Positions 9,118 to 19,319 of a stretch of DNA of 32,000 nucleotides are shown here, piece after piece. The notes under the pieces were generated by a model that made no database searches, had not been told where the DNA came from, and saw nothing but the letters and a program-made list of their open reading frames with translations. The position numbers were made by a program, and so were the translations under genes. The DNA comes from Aliivibrio fischeri (GTDB taxonomy: Bacteria > Pseudomonadota > Gammaproteobacteria > Enterobacterales > Vibrionaceae). Positions within the stretch are counted from its first letter, which is position 1; the number at the start of each line of letters is the position of its first letter. The DNA is taken from the NCBI RefSeq assembly GCF_009727955.1, contig NZ_WOBR01000004.1:23849-55848 (forward strand), written 5' to 3'.

Positions 9118-10599
9118 ATGCAAGGTTTAGCAAAGACTCTTATTATTGAAGATGATGCTCAGAGCCGTCATAATCTTAAGGTGATCCTTGAGTTTATCGG
9201 TGAACATTGTCATGCCATTTCAGCTTCAGAATTGTCTACTTTTGAGTGGAGTGAGCCATGGAGTGCTTGTTTTTTAGGTCAAGTTTCTGACCAAGCGCTG
9301 AAAGATATAATCAAAAGTTCATTAGTTGTACATAATCATATTCCAGTCATTATGCTTGCGGGGGCTATGCATGATGTTGAGGAATTGACAAACTATGTTG
9401 GTGAACTGAATCAACCAGTTAATTATCCTCAATTAACCGATGCATTACGTCATTGCCAAGAATTTATGGGTCGTCGTGGGTTAGAAGTACCTCACCTAGG
9501 CCGTAAAAATACCTTATTCCGTAGTATGGTTGGACAAAGTACCGCTATTAGTACTGTTCGCCATTTAATTGAACAAGTTTCAGGTACAGAAGCAAGCGTA
9601 TTAGTTCTTGGTGAATCGGGCACAGGTAAAGAAGTAGTTGCACGTAACTTGCACTATCATTCGCCACGCCGTAAAGGACCATTTGTTCCGGTTAACTGTG
9701 GTGCAATTCCACCAGATCTTCTAGAAAGTGAACTGTTTGGCCATGAGAAAGGGGCGTTTACCGGTGCAATTACTGCACGTAAAGGTCGCTTTGAATTGGC
9801 ACAAGGCGGTACGTTATTTTTAGATGAAATTGGTGATATGCCAATGCCGATGCAGGTGAAATTACTTCGTGTTCTTCAAGAGCGTTGTTTTGAGCGTGTA
9901 GGTGGTAATCAGAGTATTCGTGCTGATGTTCGTATTGTTGCTGCGACGCACCGTAATTTAGATGAGATGATAGAGAAAGGCACATTCCGTGAAGATCTGT
10001 ATTATCGTTTAAATGTTTTCCCAATTGAAATGCCGGCATTACGTGAGCGTAAGCAAGATATTCCTTTGTTGCTGCAAGAGTTATTAGCAAGAATGGAAGC
10101 TGAAGGCAGCACACGCGTACGACTAACTCCTCGTGCCGTTAACTCGTTAATGGAACACCATTGGCCTGGTAACGTACGTGAATTAGCAAACTTAATAGAG
10201 CGTTTGATGATCTTATTCCCAGGGGAATCGGTGGACGTAAATCACTTACCAACGAAGTATCGTTATAGTGATATTCCAGAGTTTCAACCTGAAAATTACA
10301 ATCAGCAATCAATTGAAGAGCAAGAACAAGCGGCATTAGCTGACATGTTTGCTAACTTTAGTGATGGTGGTATTCCTCAACAAGGAATGCAAAACGCAGG
10401 ACCAACATCGAATGATTTACCAGAAGATGGTTTAAATCTGAAAGAGATGTTAGCCGAAGTTGAAGTTAATATGATATGCCAGGCACTTGAAGCGCAAAAT
10501 GGTGTTGTTGCACGAGCAGCAGACATGCTAGGTATGCGCCGTACTACTCTTGTTGAGAAAATGCGTAAATATAATTTAAATAAAGATGATATGCGTTAA
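9118..10599 (+). CDS. flrA: Sigma-54-dependent flagellar master regulator FlrA (FleQ-type)
   Basis: 493 aa; degenerate N-terminal receiver, Walker [23 protein letters not shown]-terminal Fis-type HTH; located upstream of flrBC. Confidence 0.96.
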   Translation: MQGLAKTLIIEDDAQSRHNLKVILEFIGEHCHAISASELSTFEWSEPWSACFLGQVSDQALKDIIKSSLVVHNHIPVIMLAGAMHDVEELTNYVGELNQPVNYPQLTDALRHCQEFMGRRGLEVPHLGRKNTLFRSMVGQSTAISTVRHLIEQVSGTEASVLVLGESGTGKEVVARNLHYHSPRRKGPFVPVNCGAIPPDLLESELFGHEKGAFTGAITARKGRFELAQGGTLFLDEIGDMPMPMQVKLLRVLQERCFERVGGNQSIRADVRIVAATHRNLDEMIEKGTFREDLYYRLNVFPIEMPALRERKQDIPLLLQELLARMEAEGSTRVRLTPRAVNSLMEHHWPGNVRELANLIERLMILFPGESVDVNHLPTKYRYSDIPEFQPENYNQQSIEEQEQAALADMFANFSDGGIPQQGMQNAGPTSNDLPEDGLNLKEMLAEVEVNMICQALEAQNGVVARAADMLGMRRTTLVEKMRKYNLNKDDMR

Positions 10600-10700
10600 T
10601 ACTCTTTAGTCAAAAAGAGATAACGTTTCACTAATTTAAATGACAAAAATTTGACCGTCAAGCTTACATGTGTAGTGTAAGTTGTTGATAATAAATACCA

Positions 10701-10735
10701 AAAGGGCTGGCATGTAAAATGCATCAGCCCTTTTG
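10701..10735 (+). terminator. Terminator-like hairpin after flrA, overlapping the flrB promoter
   Basis: AAAGGGCTGGCATGTAAAATGCATCAGCCCTTTTG: GGGCTG/CAGCCC plus inner GCAT/ATGC, followed by TTTTGTTGTTTT. Confidence 0.7.
10708..10723 (+). promoter_or_regulatory. Sigma-54 promoter of flrBC: TGGCAT-N5-ATGCA
   Basis: GG at 10709-10710, exact N10 spacing, GC at 10721-10722; 35 nt before the flrB ATG. Confidence 0.82.
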
Positions 10736-10757
10736 TTGTTTTGGCGGGAATAAAATT

Positions 10758-11819
10758 ATGCAGGGTAATTCTGAGAGTGACTTAAACTCACCTCTTGGCA
10801 CAGTAGAAGAGCAAAATACACGGTATAAACAGGTTTTAGATGTTATGCCAGCTGGGGTTATTTTACTTGATACACAAGGTATGGTGTGTGAAGTCAACCC
10901 AGAGGCAATTAAGCTTTTAGGTTTACCTTTATTGGGAGAGCGTTGGTTTGAAGTCATTCAACGATCGTTTGATCCAAGAGAAGATGATGGTCATGAGATC
11001 TCGTTACGTAATGGACGCAAAGTTCGATTAGCAATTTCGGCATCAGAAACAGGTCAATTAATACTAATAACTGATCTGACTGAAACGCGTTTATTGCAAT
11101 CGCGTGTGAGTGATCTTCAGCGATTATCATCATTAGGTAAGATGGTTGCCTCTCTTGCTCACCAAGTAAGAACGCCGTTATCGAGTGCAATGCTGTACGC
11201 TTCAAACTTAGGATCACCAAATTTACCTGCCGCAACGCATAAACGTTTTCAAACTAAATTGGTTGATCGCCTTCATGATTTAGAGAAGCAAGTGAATGAC
11301 ATGCTGCTCTTTGCTAAAGGCGGTGATAATAAAGTTGTTAAGCCATTCACTATTGGTGATTTGGTCGCTGAATATCGTCCAATGGTTGAAACGGCTCTGC
11401 AATCAAATCAAGTCGATTATTTCCTAGAAGTCGAACATGAAGACACTGTGCTAATGGGGAACGCCAATGCCATTGCCAGTGCCATTAGTAATTTGATCAT
11501 GAATGCCATTCAAGTGATAGGGAAAGGGTGTCAAATCGACGTCTTTTTCAGACCTGTGAATGGGTTTTTAAAAATATCGGTGCAAGATAATGGCCCCGGT
11601 ATACCACTAGAGTTACAAGACAAAATAATGGAACCATTTTTTACTACTCGCTCTCAAGGCACAGGCCTTGGTCTTGCCGTTGTACAAATGGTTTGTCGAG
11701 CTCATAAAGGACAACTTGAATTGTATTCAGAACCGGATGATGGCGCATGTTTTACCATGTCAATTCCACTATCAGCAACCCAAACAGACAACCTAGCTCA
11801 AACAGAATCTGGAGAATAA
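10758..11819 (+). CDS. flrB: Two-component sensor histidine kinase FlrB
   Basis: PAS-like N-terminus, H-box LGKMVASLAHQVRTPLSSAMLYA, HATPase NLIMNAIQVIG...DNGPGIP...GTGLGLAVV. Start reassigned from 10719 to ATG 10758 because the longer start lies inside the -12 element. Confidence 0.94.
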   Translation: MQGNSESDLNSPLGTVEEQNTRYKQVLDVMPAGVILLDTQGMVCEVNPEAIKLLGLPLLGERWFEVIQRSFDPREDDGHEISLRNGRKVRLAISASETGQLILITDLTETRLLQSRVSDLQRLSSLGKMVASLAHQVRTPLSSAMLYASNLGSPNLPAATHKRFQTKLVDRLHDLEKQVNDMLLFAKGGDNKVVKPFTIGDLVAEYRPMVETALQSNQVDYFLEVEHEDTVLMGNANAIASAISNLIMNAIQVIGKGCQIDVFFRPVNGFLKISVQDNGPGIPLELQDKIMEPFFTTRSQGTGLGLAVVQMVCRAHKGQLELYSEPDDGACFTMSIPLSATQTDNLAQTESGE

Positions 11820-11822
11820 ATC

Positions 11823-13256
11823 ATGGCACAAAGCAAAGTATTAATTGTCGAGGATGATGAAGGTTTACGTGAAGCCTTGATCGACACGCTAGAGTTAGCT
11901 GGTTACGAATGGGTAGAAGCCGATAGCGCAGAAACAGCATTACTTATTTTGAAGAAAGAACCTGTTGATATTGTTGTTTCTGATGTTCAAATGGCTGGCA
12001 TGGGTGGATTGGCCTTATTGCGCAGTATTAAATTAAATTGGCCGAATCTTCCGGTTCTTTTAATGACGGCTTACGCCAATATTGAAGATGCGGTTTCTGC
12101 AATGAAAGATGGTGCTATTGATTACATGGCTAAGCCATTTGCACCTGAAGTATTACTGAATATGGTTAGCCGTTATGCTCCAGTGAAAACGGAGCAAACG
12201 GGTGATGCTATCGTTGCTGATGAAAAGAGTCTTAAGCTACTTAAATTAGCTGATAAAGTCGCACGTACAGACGCTAACGTGATGGTGCTTGGTCCTAGTG
12301 GTTCAGGTAAAGAAGTCATGTCACGTTATATTCATAACAATTCACAACGAAGTGAAGGCCCATTTGTTGCCATTAACTGTGCCGCTATTCCTGACAATAT
12401 GTTAGAAGCAACGTTATTTGGTTATGAAAAAGGTGCCTTTACGGGGGCCGTTCAAGCGTGCCCAGGTAAATTTGAACAAGCTCAAGGTGGTACTATTTTA
12501 CTGGATGAGATCAGTGAAATGGATCTTAATCTACAAGCTAAGTTATTGCGTGTATTACAAGAACGTGAAGTTGAGCGTTTAGGTGGTCGTAAGAGCATTA
12601 AGTTAGATGTACGTATCTTAGCAACCAGTAACCGTGATCTGAAAAAGTACGTAGAAGAAGGTAATTTCCGTGAAGATTTATATTACCGCTTAAACGTATT
12701 CCCAATTGCATGGCCGCCATTAAAAGATCGTAAAGGTGATATTGCACCAATAGCTCAACACTTAGTAGAGCGTCACTGTCAAAAACAAGGTTTACCAGTT
12801 CCTAGTTTTAGTGCAGAAGCCACTCAAAAACTAGAAGCGTACCCATGGCCGGGTAACGTTCGTGAACTAGATAACGTAGTTCAACGTGCGCTTATTCTTG
12901 CTGAAGAACATACGATCACTGCGGATGATGTTTTATTAGAAGGGGTTGATTGGGCGGATGCGGATGGCTTACAACAAGTGGTAAGTGGTGAAGCGCCAAC
13001 AATTAGACCTGAGCAACAAGTACCGTCAATAAATGAGACAGCAGCACCAGCAACGTCTGAAGAAAGTGAGGTTTTGGTTGCATCTAGTGGCTTAGGTGGT
13101 GAACTTAGAGAACAAGAATTTATCATTATCCTTGAAACCATAAAAGCCTGTGATGGTAAACGAAAAGATGTCGCTGAAAAACTAGGTATTAGCCCAAGAA
13201 CACTACGTTACAAGTTAGCGAAGATGCGTGATGCTGGAATAGATATCCCAAGTTAA
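11823..13256 (+). CDS. flrC: Sigma-54-dependent response regulator FlrC
   Basis: 477 aa; canonical receiver VLIVEDDEGLRE...VVSDVQM...MTAY...KPF, Walker [19 protein letters not shown], Fis-type HTH. Confidence 0.96.
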   Translation: MAQSKVLIVEDDEGLREALIDTLELAGYEWVEADSAETALLILKKEPVDIVVSDVQMAGMGGLALLRSIKLNWPNLPVLLMTAYANIEDAVSAMKDGAIDYMAKPFAPEVLLNMVSRYAPVKTEQTGDAIVADEKSLKLLKLADKVARTDANVMVLGPSGSGKEVMSRYIHNNSQRSEGPFVAINCAAIPDNMLEATLFGYEKGAFTGAVQACPGKFEQAQGGTILLDEISEMDLNLQAKLLRVLQEREVERLGGRKSIKLDVRILATSNRDLKKYVEEGNFREDLYYRLNVFPIAWPPLKDRKGDIAPIAQHLVERHCQKQGLPVPSFSAEATQKLEAYPWPGNVRELDNVVQRALILAEEHTITADDVLLEGVDWADADGLQQVVSGEAPTIRPEQQVPSINETAAPATSEESEVLVASSGLGGELREQEFIIILETIKACDGKRKDVAEKLGISPRTLRYKLAKMRDAGIDIPS

Positions 13257-13283
13257 AACAATGAGTTATCGTTATTGATATAT

Positions 13284-13299
13284 TGGTATGTAAATTGCT
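13284..13299 (+). promoter_or_regulatory. Sigma-54 promoter of the fliEFGHIJ operon: TGGTAT-N5-TTGCT
   Basis: GG 13285-13286, N10, GC 13297-13298; 58 nt before the fliE ATG. Confidence 0.82.
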
Positions 13300-13356
13300 T
13301 CATATACTTCGGGTCGTAAAATTAAGTCAAGAAGTTGACTGGGTCGGAGAATAGAA

Positions 13357-13668
13357 ATGAAAATCGGTGGTTTACAGGACGAGATGCAAGCAATGATGCT
13401 TGATGCGTCAAATACAACGCGTCAAGTAACAGGAAAAGAAGTCGGTGCGGACTTCAGTGCAATGTTTGCGAAAGCCGTCAATAACGTAAATGGATTACAA
13501 AAGGCATCAAGTGATTTAGCCGTGCGTTTTGACAGAGGTGATGAAGGGGTTTCATTATCAGACGTTATGATTGCACGAAATAAATCAAGCGTTGCATTTG
13601 ATGCCACAATTCAAGTGCGCAATAAGCTAGTTGATGCTTATAAAGCACTGATGAATATGCCAGTCTAA
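13357..13668 (+). CDS. fliE: Flagellar hook-basal body complex protein FliE
   Basis: 103 aa; FSAMFAKAVNNVNGLQKASSDLAVRFDRGDEGVSLSDVMIARNKSSVAFDATIQVRNKLVDAYKALMNMPV. Confidence 0.96.
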   Translation: MKIGGLQDEMQAMMLDASNTTRQVTGKEVGADFSAMFAKAVNNVNGLQKASSDLAVRFDRGDEGVSLSDVMIARNKSSVAFDATIQVRNKLVDAYKALMNMPV

Positions 13669-13685
13669 TTTCTAGGAATTAAAGC

Positions 13686-15419
13686 GTGTCGGAAGAGAAC
13701 AAAAACACGAACTTAGCCGTATCGGATGATATGCCAACAGGCGGTGCTATGGCACTGGATAGCTCTGTTGATGTACAAAATCCAGATGTTGATGAGCAAA
13801 GTTCTTCAAAATTAGATTCAGCTTTAGGTAATCTTGACTTATTGCGTCAGGTTATCCTCGTATTATCTGTTTCTATTTGTGTGGCGTTAATTGTCATGCT
13901 TTTCTTTTGGGTTCAAGAACCAGAGATGCGTCCACTTGGGGTTTATGAAACAGATGAACTTATCCAAGTGCTTGATCATCTTGATGCTCAAAAAGCAGAA
14001 TACAAACTAGATGGTAATACCATTTTAGTTCCTGCCTCTGAATTCAGTAAAATGAATCTAGATCTGTCTCGTGCAGGCTTAAATAAAGCCGTAGGTGAGG
14101 GAGATGATATCTTATTACAAGATATGGGCTTTGGGGTTTCACAGCGTTTAGAACAAGAGCGTTTAAAACTAAGTCGTGAGCGCCAATTAGCAAGTACATT
14201 TGAGCAAATGAGACCAATTCGTAAAGCTCAAGTATTACTCGCAATGCCAAAACAAAGTGTATTTGTTCGTCATAATCAAGAAGCATCGGCAACGGTATTC
14301 TTGACCATGCGAATGGGTGCAATGCTAAAACAAGAAGAAGTAGATTCAATTGTTGATATGGTTGCAAGTGCGGTTCCAGGAATGAAACCAACACGCGTTA
14401 CCGTAACGGATCAGCATGGTCGCCTTTTAAGCTCTGGTACGCAAGATCCGATGGCAATGGCTCATCGAAAAGAGCAAGAGCTAGAGCGTAAACAAGAGCA
14501 ATCTTTACGAGATAAAATTGACGCAATCCTTATTCCTATTTTGGGTTTAGGTAACTATACCGCTCAAGTGGATGTGTCTATGGATTTCAGTGCTATTGAG
14601 CAAACTCGTAAGCAATTTGATCCGCAAACTCCATCTACTCGAAGTGAATACACGTTAGAAGATTATAACAACGGTAATGTGATTGCAGGCGTTCCAGGTG
14701 CGCTAAGTAACCAACCGCCAGTTGATTCCGCTATCCCTCAAGATATCGCAGAATTAAAAGATGGTTCGGTATTAGGCCAAGGTTCAGTTCATAAAGAAGC
14801 AACACGAAACTTTGAACTTGATACAACAATCAGTCATGAGCGCAAGCAGACGGGTACCGTTGCACGTCAAACCGTATCGGTTGCGATTAAAGAACGTCAA
14901 AGCGTTAATCCTGAAACAGGTGAAGTAACATATACACCAATTTCAGCAGCAGAATTAGATAAGATCCGTCAAATTATTATTGGTAGTGTTGGTCTAAATG
15001 AACAGCGTGGTGATTTACTGAATGTACTGAGCGTGAAGTTTGCTATTGAAGAGCAACCAATTGCGATTGATGTACCAATTTGGGAAAACCCTAACTTTAA
15101 TGATTGGGTTAAGTGGCTTGCTGGTGCCTTGGTTATTATCGCTGTTATTCTTGTTCTTGTTCGTCCAGCAATGAATAAATTACTGTTCCCTAACCAAGCT
15201 GAAGATGAAGCATTGGCAAATGCAGAGCGTAATGCTGAAGGTGAGATGGGCTTAATTGGCAGTGATTTAGATGGAGATGGATTCGAGTTTGGCTCGGGCA
15301 TCGATCTTCCTAATTTGCATAAAGACGAAGATTTATTGAAAGCGGTTCGTGCACTGGTTGCAAATGAACCGGAATTAGCAGCACAAGTAGTTCGAAACTG
15401 GGTATCTGAAAATGGCTAA
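13686..15419 (+). CDS. fliF: Flagellar M-ring protein FliF (GTG start)
   Basis: 577 aa; YtgE/YscJ-like PEMRPLGVYETDELIQVLDHLDAQKAEYKLDGN... and C-terminal FliF segment binding FliG. Confidence 0.96.
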   Translation: MSEENKNTNLAVSDDMPTGGAMALDSSVDVQNPDVDEQSSSKLDSALGNLDLLRQVILVLSVSICVALIVMLFFWVQEPEMRPLGVYETDELIQVLDHLDAQKAEYKLDGNTILVPASEFSKMNLDLSRAGLNKAVGEGDDILLQDMGFGVSQRLEQERLKLSRERQLASTFEQMRPIRKAQVLLAMPKQSVFVRHNQEASATVFLTMRMGAMLKQEEVDSIVDMVASAVPGMKPTRVTVTDQHGRLLSSGTQDPMAMAHRKEQELERKQEQSLRDKIDAILIPILGLGNYTAQVDVSMDFSAIEQTRKQFDPQTPSTRSEYTLEDYNNGNVIAGVPGALSNQPPVDSAIPQDIAELKDGSVLGQGSVHKEATRNFELDTTISHERKQTGTVARQTVSVAIKERQSVNPETGEVTYTPISAAELDKIRQIIIGSVGLNEQRGDLLNVLSVKFAIEEQPIAIDVPIWENPNFNDWVKWLAGALVIIAVILVLVRPAMNKLLFPNQAEDEALANAERNAEGEMGLIGSDLDGDGFEFGSGIDLPNLHKDEDLLKAVRALVANEPELAAQVVRNWVSENG

Positions 15420-16464
15420 TGAAATTGTAGAAGCAGGAAATAAAGAAGAAGAAACACCAGAATTTGATCTTTCTTCATTATCAGGCTCAGAGCGTGCAGC
15501 GATTTTATTGCTAAGTTTAAGTGAAGAAGATGCGGCAAGTATTATTCGTCACTTAGAACCAAAGCAAGTTCAAAAAGTAGGTGCAGCAATGGCAACCGTA
15601 TCTGACTTAAATCAGATCAAAGTGTCAGCGATTCACCGTGCGTTCTTAGAAGATATTCAGAAATACACCAGCATTGGTATGGGCAGCGAAGACTTTATGC
15701 GTAACGCATTAGTTGCTGCTCTTGGTGAAGATAAAGCGAATAACCTAGTAGATCAAATTCTACTAGGTAGCGGTTCTAAAGGCTTGGATTCATTGAAATG
15801 GATGGATCCTCGTCAAGTGGCAAGCATCATTATGAATGAGCACCCGCAGATCCAAACCATCGTATTATCTTACTTAGATCCAGACCAATCAGCGGAGATT
15901 TTATCTCAATTCCCTGAACGTGTTCGTCTTGATCTAATGATGCGTATTGCGCACCTTGAAGAAGTTCAACCATCAGCTCTAGCTGAATTGAACGAAATCA
16001 TGGAGAAACAATTCGCAGGTCAATCTGGTGCTCAAGCTGCGAAAATTGGCGGCCTGAAAGCAGCGGCAGAAATCATGAACTACCTAGATAACAGCATTGA
16101 AGGTATGTTGATGGATCAAATCCGTGACCAAGATGAAGAGACCGCAACTCAGATTCAAGATCTTATGTTTGTATTTGAAAACCTTATCGATGTTCAAGAT
16201 CAAGGCATTCAAATGCTATTGCGTGATGTTCCACAAGAAGTTCTGCAGAAAGCACTTAAAGGTGCAGATGATGCACTTAAAGAGAAAATGTTTAAGTGTA
16301 TGTCGAAACGTGCAGCGGAACTTATGCGTGATGATCTTGAAGCTATGGGTCCAGTCCGTGTTGCAGACGTTGAAGCCGCTCAGAAAGAAATTCTGGCAGT
16401 GGCACGTCGAATGGCAGATTCTGGCGATCTAATGCTTTCTGGCGGTGCGGATGAATTCGTATAA
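15412..16464 (+). CDS. fliG: Flagellar motor switch protein FliG
   Basis: 350 aa; SGSERAAILLLSLSEEDAASIIRHLEPKQVQKVG..., EHPQIQTIVLSYLDPDQSAEIL, C-terminal ADEFV; overlaps fliF by 8 nt. Confidence 0.97.
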   Translation: MANEIVEAGNKEEETPEFDLSSLSGSERAAILLLSLSEEDAASIIRHLEPKQVQKVGAAMATVSDLNQIKVSAIHRAFLEDIQKYTSIGMGSEDFMRNALVAALGEDKANNLVDQILLGSGSKGLDSLKWMDPRQVASIIMNEHPQIQTIVLSYLDPDQSAEILSQFPERVRLDLMMRIAHLEEVQPSALAELNEIMEKQFAGQSGAQAAKIGGLKAAAEIMNYLDNSIEGMLMDQIRDQDEETATQIQDLMFVFENLIDVQDQGIQMLLRDVPQEVLQKALKGADDALKEKMFKCMSKRAAELMRDDLEAMGPVRVADVEAAQKEILAVARRMADSGDLMLSGGADEFV

Positions 16465-16493
16465 TACGTTTTCATTTCATTGAGTTATAATTA

Positions 16494-16528
16494 AACGGCT
16501 ATTTCATAATACGATTGAAATAGCCGTT
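16494..16528 (+). repeat. Perfect 12-bp inverted repeat between fliG and fliH
   Basis: AACGGCTATTTC (16494-16505), 11-nt loop, GAAATAGCCGTT (16517-16528), followed by ATTCTTTCT. Confidence 0.9.
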
Positions 16529-16568
16529 ATTCTTTCTAATCTTCTTCTTCTTTGTACGGGTTATCATC

Positions 16569-17366
16569 ATGAGTATCAGCAAAAAACGTGGCTTTATTCG
16601 CATTACCGATGAGAGTGAACTACAAAAAACGAATATTTGGGAATCCCCAGATTACTCTGATCCAAATAAACCTGCTCGTGAAACCGCTTTTAATTACGAT
16701 CCTAGTTGGACTCCATCGCTTCCAAAAGAAGAAGAACCGGAAGAATTTGTTTTAACAGAAGAAATCATTGAACAAATTAAGCAAGGTGCTTACAACGAAG
16801 GCTTAATGGAAGGCCAAGAGTTTGGCTACAAAGAAGGTTTAGAAAAAGGTCAAGCAGAAGGGTTTGAAGCTGGGAAACCTGAAGGTTATCAAGTTGGTTA
16901 TGATGAAGGAATTGCGGCAGGCCAAGCTGAAATTCAAGAACGTATCCAGCAATTAATTGCCATGGCAGACAAATTTGCAGAGCCATTAGCATTGCTTGAT
17001 TCTCAAGTCGAAAAACAGCTGATAGATATGGTGTTAGCACTGACTAAAGAAGTGGTTCATGTAGAAGTAAAAACAAACCCTCAAGTTATTTTAGATACGG
17101 TTCGAGAGTCTGTAGAAACACTGCCTGTTACTGAGCGTGAAATTAAAATTGCGTTAAATCCAGAAGATCACCAACGAGTTATTGAAGCGTATGGTGAAGA
17201 AGCGTTAACTCAAAAGCAGTGGACATTAACCGCAGAGCCGTCGATGAACTTAGGTGATATAAATATTCAAGCCTCTGATTCAAAAGTAAGTTATTTGCTA
17301 GAAGAGCGAATTAAGAGCGTACTAAACAAGTTCTGTGGTGTGAATCGTCATCAAGGAAATCAGTAA
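16569..17366 (+). CDS. fliH: Flagellar export stator protein FliH
   Basis: 265 aa; G-rich repeats [44 protein letters not shown] typical of FliH. Confidence 0.94.
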   Translation: MSISKKRGFIRITDESELQKTNIWESPDYSDPNKPARETAFNYDPSWTPSLPKEEEPEEFVLTEEIIEQIKQGAYNEGLMEGQEFGYKEGLEKGQAEGFEAGKPEGYQVGYDEGIAAGQAEIQERIQQLIAMADKFAEPLALLDSQVEKQLIDMVLALTKEVVHVEVKTNPQVILDTVRESVETLPVTEREIKIALNPEDHQRVIEAYGEEALTQKQWTLTAEPSMNLGDINIQASDSKVSYLLEERIKSVLNKFCGVNRHQGNQ

Positions 17367-18685
17367 TGTTGTCATTATCTGAACGTTTATCTCAATATAA
17401 AACCACAGGCTTAACCACTCGCGCTATTGCCTCAGGTAAATTAGTGCGTGTTGTTGGTCTAACGCTTGAAGCAACAGGTTGTCGAGCACCTATTGGTAGT
17501 TCCTGTTTGGTTGAAACCGTAAATGGTGAGATCGAAGCCGAGGTTGTTGGCTTTTCAGGTGAAAACTTATTTTTAATGCCAAGCGAACAAGTTTCAGGTG
17601 TTTTACCTGGCGCTAAAGTTACTCCAATCGCCGATGGTAGTGGTATTCCTGTTGGTATGGAACTGCTTGGGCGTGTGGTGGATGGGGTCGGTAACCCTAT
17701 TGATGGTCTTGGTGAACTCTATACTGAGCATACCGCATCATTTACTTCTGAGCCAATTAACCCATTATCCAGAAAGCCGATTTCAGAACCACTTGATGTT
17801 GGTTTAAAAGCAATTAATGGTTTACTTACTGTCGGTAAAGGTCAACGTTTAGGATTATTTGCAGGTTCGGGTGTTGGTAAATCGGTAACACTAGGCATGA
17901 TGACTCGAGGTACAACTGCGCAAGTGGTAGTTGTAGGTCTAATTGGTGAGCGTGGACGCGAAGTAAAAGAATTCATCGAAGAAATTTTAGGCCCTGAAGG
18001 TCGTCAGCGCTCGGTTGTAGTCGCTGCTCCTGCCGATGCATCTGCATTGATGCGACTAAAAGGGTGCCAAACCGCATTAACCATTGCTGAGTATTTTCGT
18101 GATCAAGGCTTAGATGTTTTACTGTTAATGGATTCATTAACTCGTTTTGCTCAAGCACAACGTGAAATTGCCTTATCCGTTGGTGAACCACCAGCAACCA
18201 AAGGTTATCCGCCTTCTGTATTTGCAAAATTACCGGCATTGGTTGAACGAGCGGGTAATGGTAATGAAAACCAAGGTTCTATTACGGCATTCTTTACTGT
18301 ATTAACGGAAGGGGATGATTTACAAGACCCAATCGCCGATGCTTCACGTGCGATTTTGGATGGACACATTGTATTGTCTCGTGAAATGGCTGATGCAGGT
18401 CATTATCCAGCGATTGATGTTGAGAAATCTGTCAGCCGTGTTATGCCACAAATTACCGACGAAGAACATATGCTTATGTCTAAAGCGGTGAGACAAGTGT
18501 TGTCTACTTGCCGTAAAAACCAAGACTTGGTATCGATAGGTGCGTATAAGCCGGGTACTGATCCTGCTATTGACCAAGCATTCACGTTAAAACCAAGATT
18601 AGACGAATATCTACAACAGCGTATGAAAGAAAGTGTTCCATACGATATGTGTAAAAACATGCTTAAAATGTTGCTTAGTGGCTAA
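17366..18685 (+). CDS. fliI: Flagellum-specific ATP synthase FliI
   Basis: 439 aa; Walker [55 protein letters not shown]. Confidence 0.97.
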   Translation: MLSLSERLSQYKTTGLTTRAIASGKLVRVVGLTLEATGCRAPIGSSCLVETVNGEIEAEVVGFSGENLFLMPSEQVSGVLPGAKVTPIADGSGIPVGMELLGRVVDGVGNPIDGLGELYTEHTASFTSEPINPLSRKPISEPLDVGLKAINGLLTVGKGQRLGLFAGSGVGKSVTLGMMTRGTTAQVVVVGLIGERGREVKEFIEEILGPEGRQRSVVVAAPADASALMRLKGCQTALTIAEYFRDQGLDVLLLMDSLTRFAQAQREIALSVGEPPATKGYPPSVFAKLPALVERAGNGNENQGSITAFFTVLTEGDDLQDPIADASRAILDGHIVLSREMADAGHYPAIDVEKSVSRVMPQITDEEHMLMSKAVRQVLSTCRKNQDLVSIGAYKPGTDPAIDQAFTLKPRLDEYLQQRMKESVPYDMCKNMLKMLLSG

Positions 18686-18695
18686 GGCATAGTAA

Positions 18696-19139
18696 ATGAC
18701 AAGTACTTTTGATTTCTTATTAGAGCAAGCCCAAGAAAGAGAAAACCAAGCGGTGATGGCATTGAATAAAGCCAAAGCTGAATTGGAAGACTTTTATGAG
18801 CAAGTAAAGCAGATTGAAAAATACCGTCTTGATTATTGTAATCAACTATTGCAGCGTGGTCAGCAAGGGTTAACTGCAAGCCAATATGGTCATTTAAATA
18901 AATTTTTGGTTCAGTTAGATGAAACATTAACCAAGCAAAAAAGTGCAGAATCCCATTTCACATCACAAGTGGATAATTGCCAAACTTATTGGCAAGAGAC
19001 TCGTAAGCAGCGACGATCTTATGAGTGGATGATGGACAAGAAAAAAGCAGAGCGACAAAAAATGTTGGATAAGCAAGAGCAAAAAATGATGGATGAGTTC
19101 TCAACCCTTCAATTTGCTCGCCGAAGTAAAACTGAATAA
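18696..19139 (+). CDS. fliJ: Flagellar export chaperone FliJ
   Basis: 147 aa coiled-coil protein immediately downstream of fliI. Confidence 0.9.
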   Translation: MTSTFDFLLEQAQERENQAVMALNKAKAELEDFYEQVKQIEKYRLDYCNQLLQRGQQGLTASQYGHLNKFLVQLDETLTKQKSAESHFTSQVDNCQTYWQETRKQRRSYEWMMDKKKAERQKMLDKQEQKMMDEFSTLQFARRSKTE

Positions 19140-19234
19140 TCATATTGAGTGATTGATTCAAGGTTTTTTAATTCATCAGTATTTTCCCTTCATAATCTTT
19201 CAAATTACCCCTCGCTGAGGTTAAGTGATAAAAG

Positions 19235-19250
19235 TGGCTTAATATTTGCT
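19235..19250 (+). promoter_or_regulatory. Sigma-54 promoter of the fliKLMNOPQR-flhB operon: TGGCTT-N5-TTGCT
   Basis: GG 19236-19237, N10, GC 19248-19249; 70 nt before the fliK ATG. Confidence 0.82.
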
Positions 19251-19264
19251 TTAAAATAAGCAAA
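19245..19264. repeat. Inverted repeat TTTGCTT-TAAAAT-AAGCAAA overlapping the fliK -12 element and probable start site
   Basis: 7-bp perfect arms at 19245-19251 and 19258-19264. Confidence 0.75.
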
Positions 19265-19319
19265 GCAGAGCCACTATCGCGCTCGTCAAAAAATCCACAC
19301 TCAATGTAGAGAACATACT

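Noticed and set aside
9770-10336. Alternate-frame + strand ORFs inside flrA (9770-10114, 10139-10336)
   Set aside because: Nested in a well-conserved AAA+ coding region; low-complexity composition typical of shadow frames.
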